A stretch of DNA of 64,000 bases. Source: Mobula hypostoma (taxonomy: Eukaryota). The stretch lies in contig NC_086097.1 in assembly GCF_963921235.1 (NCBI RefSeq), positions 213,716,001-213,780,000 of the forward strand, read 5' to 3'. This document shows positions 26,382 to 37,725 of the stretch, in pieces. A program made the translations under genes and the position numbers. Below the pieces are notes generated by a model. It did no database searches, was not told the DNA's origin, and saw only the letters and a list, made by a program, of their open reading frames with translations. The number at the start of each line of letters is the position of its first letter. Position 1 is the stretch's first letter.

Positions 26382-27784
26382 GAAGTTGATGGAAAAGATT
26401 CTGGGAAGCTGGATTTATGAACACTTGGAGAGGCATAATATGATTAGGAATAGTCAGCATGGGTTTTTCAAAGGCAGGTCGTGTCTTATGAACCTGATTG
26501 AATTTTTTGAGGATGTGACTAAACATATTGATGAAGGTAGAGCAGTAGATGTAGTGTATGTGGATTTCAGCAAGGCATTTGATAAGGTACCCCAAGCACA
26601 GCCTATTGAGAAAGTAAGGAGGCATGGGATCCAAAGGGATATTGCTTTGGGGATCCAGAACTGGCTTGCCCACAGAAGGCAAAGAGTGGTTGTAGACGGG
26701 TCATATTCTGCATGGAGGTCGGTGACCAGTGGTGTGCCTCAGGGGTCTGTTCTGGGACCCCTTCTCTTCGTGATTTTTATAAATGACCTGAATGAGGAAG
26801 TGGAGGGATGGGTTAGTAAATCTGCTGATGACACAAAGGTTGGGGGTGTTGTGGATAGTGTGGACAGCTGTCAGAGGTTACAGCGGGACATCGATAGGAC
26901 GCAAAACTGGGCTGAGGAGTGGCAGATAGGGTTCAACCCAGATAAGTGTGAATTGCTTCATTTTGGTAGGTCAAATATGATGGCAGAATACAGCATTAAT
27001 GGTAAGACTCTTGGCAGTGTGGCGGATCAGAGATCTTGGGGGTCTGAGCCCATAGGACACTCAAAGCTGCTGCACAGGTTGACTCTGTGGTTAAGAAGGC
27101 ATACAGTGCATTGGCCTTCATCAACCGTGGGATTGAGTTTAAGAGCCGAGAGGTAATGTTACAGCTTTATAGGACCCCGGTCAGACACCACTTAGAGTAC
27201 TGTGCTCAGTTCTGGTCAACTCACTACAGGAAGGATGTGGAAACCATAGAAAGGGTGCAGAGGAGATTTACAAGGATGTCGTCTGGATTGGGGAGCATGC
27301 CTTATGAGAATAGGTTGAGTGAACTTGGCCTTTTCTCCGTGGAGCGATGGAGAATGAGAGATGACCTGATAGAGGTTTATAAGATGATGAGAGGCATTGA
27401 TCGTGTGAATAGTCAGTGGCTTTTTCCCAGGGCTGAAATGGCTAACATGAGAGGACACAGTTTTAAGGTGCATGGAAATAGGTACAGAGGAGATATCGGG
27501 GTAAGTTTTTTTATACAGAGAGTGGTGAGTGCGTGGAATGGGCTGCCAGCGACGGTGGTGGAGGCGGATACGATAGGGTCTTTTTAGAGACTCCTGGATA
27601 GGTACATGGAGCTTAGAAAAATAGAGGGCTATGGGCAGCCTTCGGTAATTTCTAAGTAAGTACATGTTTGGCACAGCATTGTGGGCTGAAGGGCCTGTTT
27701 TGTGCTGTAGGTTTTCTATGTTTCTATCAAAGATGGCATTGAAATCTTGAATGGGTTCAAAATTAATAAAAAGAAGTTCACTCA

Positions 27785-29026
27785 CTGCTCTTAAAGTGGA
27801 TAGATTCCTAGTCAAAATGGGATACATCATATTTTGTTGATGAAGGTAAGAGAGAAAACTGCAGAGATCCTGACCTTAATCTTTCAAATATCTATAGAAT
27901 CAGGGTTGGTGCCAATGGAGTAGAAAATTGTCATTGTTGCACCTAGTTGAAAATGGTGTAGGACAATACGCTAACTGCAGACCAGTCATTTTAGTCATGG
28001 TGGTGGTAAAAGTTCTAGAGACTATAATCAGGGGCAAAGTTAGCTGCTGCTTGGCTAAGTGTGGATTGATGAAAGAAAGCAAGCATGGATTTGCTAAAGT
28101 ACCGGAAAAGTTTGATGAGGGATATGTGGTTGAAATGTTTGATGGGAGGCAACATAAACTGCTCATCGTCAGTATTAAGGACGAGCAGATGAAAGGAGCT
28201 GTAGTAGGAACTGGCCAAGCAAAGGAACGGGGCAGGGGGGGGGGGCGGTAGAAGTGAAAGTTCTTATTGTAATGAAGGAATGTTTGTAATGGAGTTTCTC
28301 AGAGGCTAGTACCAGCAGCACAGATTTGTTTCATATATATTAACAATTTAGACTTGAATGCACATGATTTTCCAAACCTGCAGATGATGCAAAACTTGAA
28401 GAATAAACAACCTTATCCTCCAAAGATTTCTTTATCCTGGACAATAGTAGTAGACTTGAAGGAGATATAAACAATCTAGTGGAATTGACTGATGGTGGCA
28501 AACAAAATGCTGAAAATGCAAGGCTTTCTGTTTTGTCCAAACCAATTGTTGAAGAGGGTGAAATAAAAGAGAGATTTTTCAACCTTGTTGAAAGTGGAAG
28601 GGCAAATTGAGAAAATATTTTAAAAAGAGGTTCTTGAGCGTTATAAAGACACCTTTATGAAATGTTGGTTAGGCCACAAATAGATTATTGTATCTGCTTG
28701 TCGTCACCACTCATTAGCATATATGTGAAGTCTTTTGAAAGCATACAGAAAAGATTTACCAACTTATTCCAGGGGTAAGAAGATTTAGATAACTGTACAG
28801 ATGAGAGGAGTTGTTGTAGTTCTCATTGAAACAGGAAAGGTTCAGAGAAAAGTAATTAAAATCATGAAGAGTATAGGCAGGGAAGATGGTGGGAAACTTA
28901 CCATTGAACAATTAATCACAAGCTAGAAGTCTAAGATTAATGGTGGTTGACAAAAGGACAAAAAAGATATAAGAAAACATATTTTTCCACAGTGAATGGT
29001 TAGGGCCTAGAACTGACTACAAGGAC
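27785..29026 (+). mobile_element. Old, heavily decayed CR1 RT; appears to resume after the LTR element at 31481
   Basis: Remnants of LKVDRF, NCRPV, SKHGFAK and ADDAKL; gaaggcagattcaattgtaatattc follows 31481. Confidence 0.7.
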
Positions 29027-29248
29027 TGTTATGTTTTGTAATTTCAAAACATTAAACTAATTTAAATGAAGATATAGGAGTCCAAAATGTGAGGCATGCA
29101 CGCATATGGTAGCATGCCAATGTATGCAATTAATGTATTTTTACACATAATCTGTAATTAAGTATTTAAACGCAACAAGGATGCTTAATTAAACAATATA
29201 TACATATATACAAGATTATTCAAATAGTATTGAAATGTTAAACACACA
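29027..29248 (-). repeat. 3' LTR of the Mag-like element
   Basis: tgttatgttttgtaatttcaaaacattaaacta...ttaaacacaca aligns with 31254-31480; a short purine-rich tract (AGAAGGAG on minus) lies just upstream. Confidence 0.88.
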
Positions 29249-29384
29249 AAACTCCTTCTGGCTTAGCTATAAACTTCAACTCAATATAGAATGCATCTCA
29301 ATTATATACACAGTATAATATATAATACAATTACTATATACAGACATCCATAGCAGAGTAAATTTTAAATTGTCCCATTCAAGC

Positions 29385-29558
29385 TTAAAGATTTAAGCGC
29401 TATGGAAGCTTTCTTCCTCTTCTGGGATAATGTCTTTCCTGACAAGAGGAATCGCTCTGCTTCTCAGGTGAGACTTGCAGCTGTGAAACAAACTCATGTT
29501 CTGGGGCCTCCTCTATGGTGATTGTAGGAGTTGACTCTGAGATTGTACGAAATGGTTC
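29385..29558 (-). pseudogene. Extreme C-terminus of Gypsy pol (post-integrase tail)
   Basis: Minus translation ...ESTPTITIEEAPEH...CQERHYPRRGRKLP*RLNL* resembles the RRYPxRxRxPPxRL ending of Mag-type pol. Confidence 0.7.
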
Positions 29559-29559
29559 T

Positions 29560-30222
29560 CACACCTTTCTCCTCCTTTTCTCTCTCTGGATCTACTTCGA
29601 ATCCTTTCCTTTTCTTTCTCACATTCCGTACACACCTTCCTCTTTCTCGTTTGCATTCTTTCTCTTCAACTCTTCCCTCCTTAACCTTCTTCTAGCTTAT
29701 GCATCTTGATCTAGGGAAGGTCCATTTAGTTCCCTGGAGCATTTTCCTATTAATTCATTTATTTATGACCTGATCTCTCCTCTTGGTTTTTTTCATCCAC
29801 GACATCATGTGATGAATTCTCTGTTTTTGTCTCTCCATTGACTCCTTTCATTTTGGCTTTCCATTCATCCAGCTGGGCTTTGGTCTATGCACCTACTTTT
29901 TCAAGCAGCTTTTTATCTCCTACTTGAAGTTCACACAATAACCTTAATGCACACAGAGTAGATTCCGGTTCTTTATGCTCACAAAGCCGAATGCTTGCAA
30001 CTTTCCTGAAACTCCTTGAATGCACTTCCAGCTTAAAGACAAGCCACACTTTGCAAGTAACTGCCTGATTATCATATTAGAAACTTTCTCAGATATGTTG
30101 CGTATGAAAACTGTAGTAGTTGGAACACTGCTTTTAACACTTTCATGATTCCTCTGAGCAGCATGGTCCTTCCTTGGTCCAATATGGTTTCCAAACAGAG
30201 GCATAGAGGGTGGCACAAACAC
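29560..30222 (-). pseudogene. RBM25: Processed partial RBM25 copy (RRM and start of the RE/RS-rich region), with frameshifts and stops
   Basis: Translates as PTTTVFIRNISEKVSNMIIRQLLAKCGLSLSWKCIQGVSGKLQAFGF/CEHKEPESTLCALRLLCELQVGDKKLLEKVGA*TKAQLDEWKAK...TKRRDQVI...SRELNGPS. This is colinear with recalled vertebrate RBM25 (PTTTVFVGNISEKASDMLIRQLLAKCGLVLSWKRVQGASGKLQAFGFCEYKEPESTLRALRLL...KTKAQLDEWKAK). Confidence 0.93.
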
Positions 30223-30293
30223 CTGCTTGTTCTCTGTTTAGCAACGGTTCATGGTGTTTGGCATGAAGACAGTTATGTCATCACGCAGTACGC

Positions 30294-31042
30294 ATCAGAC
30301 TTTTAATCAACAGCATGCAGATTGGTGCACTTTTTGAAACTGCAACTTGACTTTTTAGCACTTTCTCTTCCCTGTGCAGACCATTTATTTTTGTCTACCT
30401 GACACACTCCTTGTACGTTGTTGCATTTTATGCGAGTATCGCCTTTAAACCTGCATTTGGTGAATGTGAACCCCTGCCACAACAATTTGCTTGGCCAGTC
30501 TGGTTTCTGTTTAGATGTTGCAATTTTATTCACACTCACTTTCATTCCTGACTGCAACTCAATTGTGTCAGTGCCTGCTGTTTCCATTAATACAGCAACT
30601 TTGACTGCTCTTTTAAATGTAAGTTGTGCTTCAGTTAGGAGCCATTTTTGAATGCTTTCTTTTAAGATTCCACAATCTCTCAGTCCTTCATTAAGCCCAT
30701 TTCGGAACTGACAATCCCTTCATTTCAGCCACGTACGCTGAAATGCACTCCCCTTCCTTCTGATTCTACTTGTGAAACTTAAAGTGTTCTGCATGCAACA
30801 ATAGCTTCAATTCTGAGTGTTCCTGGATCAGCAACAGTAGCAAAGCTCACTTCTGATGGTTTGGTTGGAGTAGTCAAAATTTGAAGCAAATTGTATGCCT
30901 TTAAATCCAATGAACTCAGCAAAATTGGCATTCACTTTTCATTGGCTATTGCTTAAAAATATTGTTCCGGTCGTTCAGTATACATGGACCAATTACCCAT
31001 TGTGTAATCAAACTCATCAATCTTTCCAATGTAGACAGCCAT
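30294..31042 (-). pseudogene. Decayed Mag-type Gypsy gag
   Basis: ATG at 31042: MAVYIGKIDEFDY..NWSMYTER.EQYF...LLSSL..KAYNLL..LTTPTKPSEVSF; IQKWLLTEAQLTFKRAV...META; eroded zinc-knuckle region in ORF 30303-30587. Confidence 0.85.
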
Positions 31043-31241
31043 TTTTGCATTTTTTATGATTATGATCACCCCGTACTCACTCTTTATAAACCCTGAATTC
31101 TTCTATTTACAGCTTTTTTTTAACTTGATATCTCTGTATGTGCTGCTCTGTTGCTCTGTTCCTCGCTGCACTTTTTAAAAACTTGAATGTTGCGCCGCGC
31201 TTGAATGGGTCGATAGTTGTCACAAGTTCGTTTTAAAAATG

Positions 31242-31252
31242 CCTCATTGCCA
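31242..31252 (-). promoter_or_regulatory. Primer-binding site, probably tRNA-Ser(GCU)
   Basis: TGGCAATGAGG one base inside the 5' LTR boundary; equals TGGCGACGAGG after two CpG transitions. Confidence 0.65.
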
Positions 31253-31253
31253 A

Positions 31254-31480
31254 TGTTATGTTTTTTAACTTCAAAATATTAAACTACTTCAAATGAAGTC
31301 TGAAATGTGAGTCCAAATTGAGGTTTGAGGTGTGCACATATCACATGGTAACATGCTGATGTATATCTTTAATGTAATTTTACATATAACTTGTAATTAA
31401 TTATTTAAATGAACAAGAATGCTTAATCAAAGACTATATATACCAGATCACTCAAATATTATTGAAACATTAAATACACA
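31254..31480 (-). repeat. 5' LTR of the Mag-like element
   Basis: tgttatgttttttaacttcaaaatattaaacta...ttaaatacaca followed by the TSD aggac. Confidence 0.88.
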
Positions 31481-32179
31481 AGGACAGATTCAATAGTATT
31501 GAAGGCAGATTCAATTGTAATATTCAGGAAGGATCTGAATAAGCGAAAGGAATGAATATGCAGGGTGGGGAGAGTGGGACCTCACAATTCTCATCTGTGT
31601 TGTAATCATTCTGTGAAGTAGGTGTAAAATATGTCATTGTGTTATTTTTAAAAAGAGGCTGAAGAATTCTTCCTTGTGCCCTACCTAATATTAATTCCTC
31701 AATCAAAGTCATTACAGCAGACTACCTATGACATCCCCGTTTGTAAGATCTAATTGGGTCTAAACTATTTGGCCTGATTCCTACATTACTGTAGAGAAAA
31801 GCACTCCCTGACTGTAAAGTGTTATGGGACATGCTGAAATTGTGTAAATATTGTATACGTTCATTTCTGTTGTTGATTATGCTGATTACCATACAGTACA
31901 AATCATTTTTACGATGCTTCCTAAAAATACAAACAACCGAGGTTGCGTAATCGTTGCTTCATATTGTAGCAAGCTTCAATCAACTTTCTGTCAGTTCAGA
32001 TTAGGGAACAAAGCAGGACCAATGGCTATGAAATGATATTCATCATAATGTTTTGAGTCACTGCTACTTATCATTAATAGAGGCATTTAGCTGAGACATT
32101 GTGCCCTTTAGAATAAGAATGAGAAAAGTTAGTGAAATCACTTACAGCCTCACCCTCAACTCAAGGATTACATTCTAAA

Positions 32180-33590
32180 AGTGTACTATGGCACAAAAAC
32201 AGGCCACTTGGCCCATCTAGTCCATGCCAAACTGGTATTCTGCTTAGTCCCAATGACTTGCACTTGGACCATAGCCTTCCATACCCCTACATATTCTTAT
32301 CCAAACGTGTCTTAAATATTGAAATCATATCCACATCCACCACTTCTGCTGGCAGCTTGTTCCATACCTGCACCATCCTCTGAGTGGTTTCCCCTTCAGA
32401 CATCACTAAAATATTTCACCTGTCACCCTTAACACATGACTTCCATTTCTAGTCTCATGCGACCTTGGTGGAAAAATCCTGTTTGTGTTTAACGCATCAA
32501 CACATCAAGCAGCTCCACTTCTGTAATCTGTATATGGTCCATGACCTCACTCCTGTTTTGCTTCGATTCTATAGACTCTGTGTCCTTCTACCGAATAAAT
32601 GCAGATGCAGTAAGTCCATTTAAGATCTTCTCTCACTGATCTTCAAGAGGACCAATTTTGCCCTTGTTAACCCTTTTCCCTTAGTATAATCTGCATAAGC
32701 TTTTGGGAATCTCCTTCACGTTGTCAGATGTATCTCATGCCTTCTTTTAACCCTCCTGATTTCACTCTTGGACTTCTTATACTCCTCAAGCACCTTCTTG
32801 AGGAGCTTTGTTCCTTGATGTTATACCTGCAAAGCACCTGCTTCTTCTTAAACAGGGCCTCAATCTCCCTTGAAAACTAAGGTTCCCTAAACCTCAAACA
32901 CGAGGAATTCTGCAGATGCTGGAAATTCAAGCAACACACATCAAAGTTGCTGGTGAACACAGCAGGCCAGGCAGCATCCCTAGGAAGAGGTACAGTGGAT
33001 GTTTCAGGCCGAGACCCTTCGTCAGGACTAACTGAAGGAAGAGTTAGTAAGAGATTTGAAAGTGGGAGGGGGAGGGGGAGATCCAAAATGATAGGAGAAG
33101 ACAGGAGGGGGAGGGATGGAGCCAAGAACTGGACAGGTGATTGGCAAAGGGGATATGAGAGGATCATGAGACAGGAGGCCCAGGGAGAAGGAAAAGGGGA
33201 CGGGGGGAACCCCAGAGGATGAGCAAGGGGTATAGTCAGAGGGACAGAGGGAGAAAAAGGAGAGTGACAGAAAGAAATGTGTGTATATAAATAAGTTACA
33301 GATGGGGTATGAGGGGGAGGTGGGGCATTAACAGAAGTTAGAGAAGTCAATGTTCATGCCATCAGGTTGGAGGCTACCCAGACGGAATATAAGGTGCTGT
33401 TCCTCCAACCTGAGTGTGGCTTCATCTGTACAGTAGAGGAGGCCAAAACCTAAACCTGTTAGCCTTGCTTTTTATTCTAACACACCCTGTACTCTCAAAA
33501 TATCACTTGTGAAATTTAACTCTCACTTGCTAATCATTCCTTTGACAGAAAATAACCTATCCCAATCCACACATACAAGATCCTTTCTGG
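32180..33590 (-). mobile_element. Decayed, internally deleted CR1 hosting a Penelope insertion
   Basis: CR1 3'UTR-like start (aacaggccacttggcccatc) and linker-region homology (tcatgccttctttta..cctcctgattt). Confidence 0.65.
32895..33448 (-). mobile_element. Penelope-like element 3' end (GIY-YIG C-terminus, pyrimidine-rich UTR, hammerhead-bearing terminal repeat)
   Basis: Minus translation GLLYCTDEATLRLEEQHLIFRLGSLQPDGMNIDFSNFC*; motif AGTC-CTGACGA-AGGGTCTCGGCCT-GAAAC-ATC at about 32998-33029; 9-bp TSD CCTAAACCT (32886-32894 and 33449-33457). Confidence 0.92.
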
Positions 33591-35114
33591 GATGTAGCTG
33601 GATGAACTTGAAGGGGTACTGGAAGTCACCCTGAATTCCCACATCCTGAAACTGAAGCATTCTACTGCCCTGACTGTCATTTCTACTGATTTAACTTGCC
33701 ATAAGAAAGAAAGAAAGATACTCACTAGAAACATAGTTTTTACACTTCTTCTTGCACATTAACTTTCTGAAGAATCACCTACACTTTTTCAAAATAATTT
33801 TCCCAGTAATTTGGAAGATTTTGCGTTAATGCAAGAGGTGATGAAAAGCTGAATAATTCTGAGGCGAATGAAACATTTCAGTACTTGTAAGATAACTCAA
33901 CTTAAAAAGAAAGTTCCTTGGATTCAATGCTCTCTCACACAATTTTGTAATGTTGTTAGCCAAGAACCAGTGAGTTCAACAGATCCTCTGAGAGCAAAGG
34001 TGATATGTCAGGGAAATTTAGAGACTGTAAGTTTCTTCAGGTAAGTATTAATAATGAATGGAAAAGTTACTTCCCTACATTCCATTCTATTTCTTGTTTG
34101 AAACGGTTTAAGTTCCTCCCTTACAATCATTTTCTCTCATTTTCTGTCACCATCTCCTTCACCGTCATCTCCCAGCCTATAGGATTGGGCACATGTCAGC
34201 CTTGTCATCCCGCTCATTATGGAGATGTATACTGGAGCTGCTGTGAAAGGTTATTAACCTTTTTCAGACTTCTTTTCGACTGATGCACAATGAATTATAA
34301 CCTTGAATCTGTTTTCTCTTGTTTTAATTTAGAGTTTTAATTAGTTTATCTGAAATAGAAAACATATATGTAAATTCAGTTTTCTATTTTGTTTCTCGAC
34401 TAGAATGGCATTGCAAATCATTTCTTTGATGCAAATATACACTTCCTCGAAGGATTATCAATTTTGCAAGTGTGTAAATAGCATCAAGTCAATGAGGTAA
34501 TGAAGGTCAGTGTATAAAACACAGGAAAGTTGTAGCTATGAACCTGCAGGGATTGATTAATGACTTTCAGTTTTTCTCACTGTCCTATCTGCATCAAAGC
34601 ATCCAGCAGCAACACTAAGAATTCACAGAGAAGAACAAAGCATAAAAGAACACATACATCATGCTGACACACATAAAGCTGTATGAGAAAGAGTAAAAAT
34701 AGAGACCTCCATTGTATATCTGGTAAAGTACAAAAAAAACCATGAGCCTTATGGGTCAGAATTAACCTTATGCATCATAATTTATTCCATTTTGCATCTA
34801 GTTTAGCAGCTGAGTTCATTAGACAATACTGTCTAAAGAAATATCCCAGATGGTTTCTATTAATTATCTTCATAATTGAATAGATTAGTTATATATGAAT
34901 ATATTATAATGAAACATTTTCAATCTCTGAGGAAAACCAGTTGCCTTTTATCGGTTATAAATTATAACTAATGGTGTAAATGTATATTGAGTTTTGGACT
35001 GCAGTGAATTAATTCAAAAATAGGTAGTTTTCTTGATTCCCAAATAACATAGCTCAGCAAGCAATAATGAATTTATATTGACACTGCATTGTGTAACAAA
35101 ATTTTACTTTTTTC

Positions 35115-35420
35115 CACTGGGATGACAACCAGAGGTCATAGGTTAAGGGTGAAAGGTGAGAAGTTTAAGGGGAACATGAAGGGAAACTTCTTCACTCAGA
35201 GGGTCATGGGAGTGTGGAATGAGCTGCCAGCACAAGTGGTGCATGTGAGCTTGATTTCAATGTTTCAGAGGAATTTGATAGATACATGGATTGTAGGGGT
35301 ATGGAGGGTTATGGTCCCGGTGCAAGTCAACTGGAGTAGGCAGTTTTAAATAGTTTCAGCATGGACTAGATAGGCCAAAGGTCCTGTTTCTGTGCTGTAC
35401 TTCTCTATGACTCTATGACT
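35115..35420 (+). mobile_element. CR1 3' fragment
   Basis: TRGHRLRVKG...FFTQRVMGVWNELP; tail ctatgactctatgact. Confidence 0.85.
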
Positions 35421-35489
35421 GTGTGGTGTGGTAGGCTGTAAACCCAGTGGTTTAACTATCAGGAAGATATAAAGGACTTAGTAATGAGA

Positions 35490-35608
35490 GTCCTGATGAA
35501 GGGTTTCAGTCTGTTTACACTTTTCCATAGATGCCGCCTGGCCTTCTGAGCTCCTCCAGCATTTTATGTGCATTACTTTGATTTCCAGCATCTGCAGATT
35601 TTCTCTTG
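35490..35608 (+). mobile_element. Short Penelope terminal-repeat insertion with a partly deleted hammerhead
   Basis: gtcctgatgaagggtttc...atttccagcatctgcaga; 12-bp TSD TTAGTAATGAGA (35478-35489 and 35609-35620). Confidence 0.85.
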
Positions 35609-37099
35609 TTAGTAATGAGAACTGTGGTTCAATCCTTCTTCTGTCAGGTTTACTGGATTAAGAATGAATGTAAAATCTTCCAGAAGTGGATGTACCTACT
35701 CTAGCAAGTATCCAAAATTGCAAGGCAAAAAATCCTTTTAAATTAAAAATTCCACTGTTTACAGTGTTAAACCTATGCTTTAGAGAGGAGAAAAGTTGAT
35801 GCAGAAATTGTAAAGGGAATTAGTCATGTTTCATTGTGAAATTGGAGCTAACAGGGCCTACAAATACTCAATATTCACACAGACTAATCTGCTTTCAATA
35901 CATGAAATGCTCACCTTGCAACAAGCAGCTCTGTTCCTTGACCAGTAGCTTCCACTGGACAAATTGGTGTGTGGTTTTGATCTTTCAAAAGATAATTTTA
36001 TTTCCAGTTCAGTGGAAAAGTCAATAAACTGGCTGTCTTTTTTTTAACAATAGCCTTGATGAATGGATTTACAGGTCTTTCCTGATTTCTATTGTCAGTG
36101 AGAGGAGTATATCATTGCCAGGTACGTTGGTTGAAGAATCAGTGGGTGATATTAACTGTCATCTCTGGAATATGTATGTATAGTGTGAAGTAACCACAAA
36201 ACTTATGCAGCTGAATATATGAATACATTAAGGACATACAGTACAAAACTGCATTGCTGGAGTCTTTCGCTTAGGTATGCTGTTTTACTTTTGAAGTTTT
36301 CACATCTGATCCTGAACACTTTTAGCATAAACATTCTAAATAACAATACAGACTCCTCATTAGTCATTCTGTAAATTACAAAACTTGTTAAACATACAGC
36401 TCAGCTGTCACATTTATTGCTTCAACACCCCATTGCAGTTTCATAAACATCTTTTTAGCTTGTATTTAACTATTTTAGATATGGCCAATCACGTATTCCT
36501 CTATGAGATATAAAAAGGTGCATCTGCCACTGACCAATATCCCTGCTAAAGCTGAGTTTGAAGGTAAACGCCCCTAAATATGAAGCATAGAGTTGACCAT
36601 TATTACATACACCATCATTTTAACCTGTGTGTTGGTGACACTTGCTTCTCAAAAGAAGCTCTCTTACGCTGTTGTACAAAGGCATAAGTTAAGGGCTGTG
36701 TACAAGAGCAGTTCACCTTCTACTGTTTGGGCAGAGGTCCTGTTCAATGTGATTTCATCATTGCAACCATGGGATCTACCTCAAGTTCAAAATTAAAGGG
36801 AATGAAGCATAAAATATTCAAAATGTCTGTTAAAAGGAGACTTGCAGCCAATCAGCACACCAGTGAAATTTATTTTCTTACCTTTACGATAGTGTAACAC
36901 AGCAGAGTGTGGCACAATGTGTGTTTGCAGGAATTCGACTGAAACTCATTGTCATCTCCTGTTGGAGTAAGTGACTTGTGGAGAATCATTGATGAAAATG
37001 CTGTAAGACCATAAGGAGATCATCAGGACAGTATTGTAGGCTCAGACACATTCAGTAACTCCAGCAATGAACCTTCTTCCGTCATAAAATCTATGTTTC

Positions 37100-37235
37100 A
37101 TAGAACATAGAATATAGAAATTTATGGCACAATACAGGCTACTCGGCCCACAGTGTTGTGCTGACCATGTAACCTACTCCAGAGGCTGTCTAGAATTTCC
37201 TTAATGCATAGGCCTCTATTTTTCTAAGCTCCATT
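37100..37235 (-). mobile_element. CR1 3' tail, same family as 13.8 kb
   Basis: catagaacatagaatatag...ctctatttttctaagctccat matches 13816-13946. Confidence 0.8.
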
Positions 37236-37304
37236 TCCACGAGCATTATCAGGCAGTGCTTTGGTATCAATTACAACTTGTTTCCATTCTGGTTTTGTGC
37301 TTCC

Positions 37305-37725
37305 TTAGGTGGCTAATGAGGTGAATGTAGGAATGAACCACAGACTCTTCCACAGTTTGGGCAGGTTCAGCCGACTCTGAGAAAGTTAGGCAGTCTGCAT
37401 CTACTCCTCACACCACTTATGCTGGTCTTTTAGTTGCTTCAAATGGATGCTCCCTGAGTCCTCAATACCATTCTGAATGTTCCTTCTCTATTTTGAGTGA
37501 TCATGAGCCAGAGGTTTCTAGAAGTAAGTGGAGATTTTGAATTTCCAGGAAGCTTTGAGCACATCCTTTAATAATGCTTCCGACCTCCCAAGCTGGAGCT
37601 TGGAACGGTGTCCCTGTTTCAGTAATATAGTGATGAACGTGAGAGTGATGTGGTTTGTCCGATGTAGCCAACTGACTGCCTCTCTACTCATGCTGGTGAT
37701 GTTGGCCTAGGGAAGGAGTCTGACA
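37305..37725 (-). mobile_element. Decayed RTE-like LINE 3' fragment
   Basis: Recalled similarity of aggtggctaatgagg and gctttgagcacatcctt.a (minus: KDVLKA) to RTE C-termini. Confidence 0.4.

Larger units (their letters stand above)
23050..27727 (+). mobile_element. Near full-length CR1 LINE (ORF1 plus ORF2), interrupted by a nested insert at 25621-26381
   Basis: ORF1 at 23051-23940; APE (CVYFNARSIMNKADEL, ITETW); RT at 26382-27587; tail ttctatgtttctat at about 27714-27727; closely similar to the inverted copy at 13.8-16.7 kb. Confidence 0.97.
29027..31480 (-). mobile_element. Mag-like Gypsy LTR retrotransposon with pol replaced by a captured RBM25 cDNA
   Basis: Direct repeats 29027-29248 and 31254-31480 with TG...CA ends; 5-bp TSD AGGAC (29022-29026 and 31481-31485); PBS; gag remnant; pol C-terminal remnant. 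Confidence 0.9.

Noticed and set aside
27216..27830. 204-aa minus ORF, and similar ORFs at 15219-15683 and 25159-25557
   Set aside because: Antisense frames of CR1 ORF2.
29944..30222. ORF as an exon of a functional host RBM25 gene
   Set aside because: Frameshifts and an in-frame stop lie within the homology, no introns are visible, and it is embedded between LTRs, so it is a captured pseudogene.
32877..33350. 157-aa Pro/Ser-rich ORF
   Set aside because: Translation of the pyrimidine-rich Penelope 3'UTR and terminal repeat.
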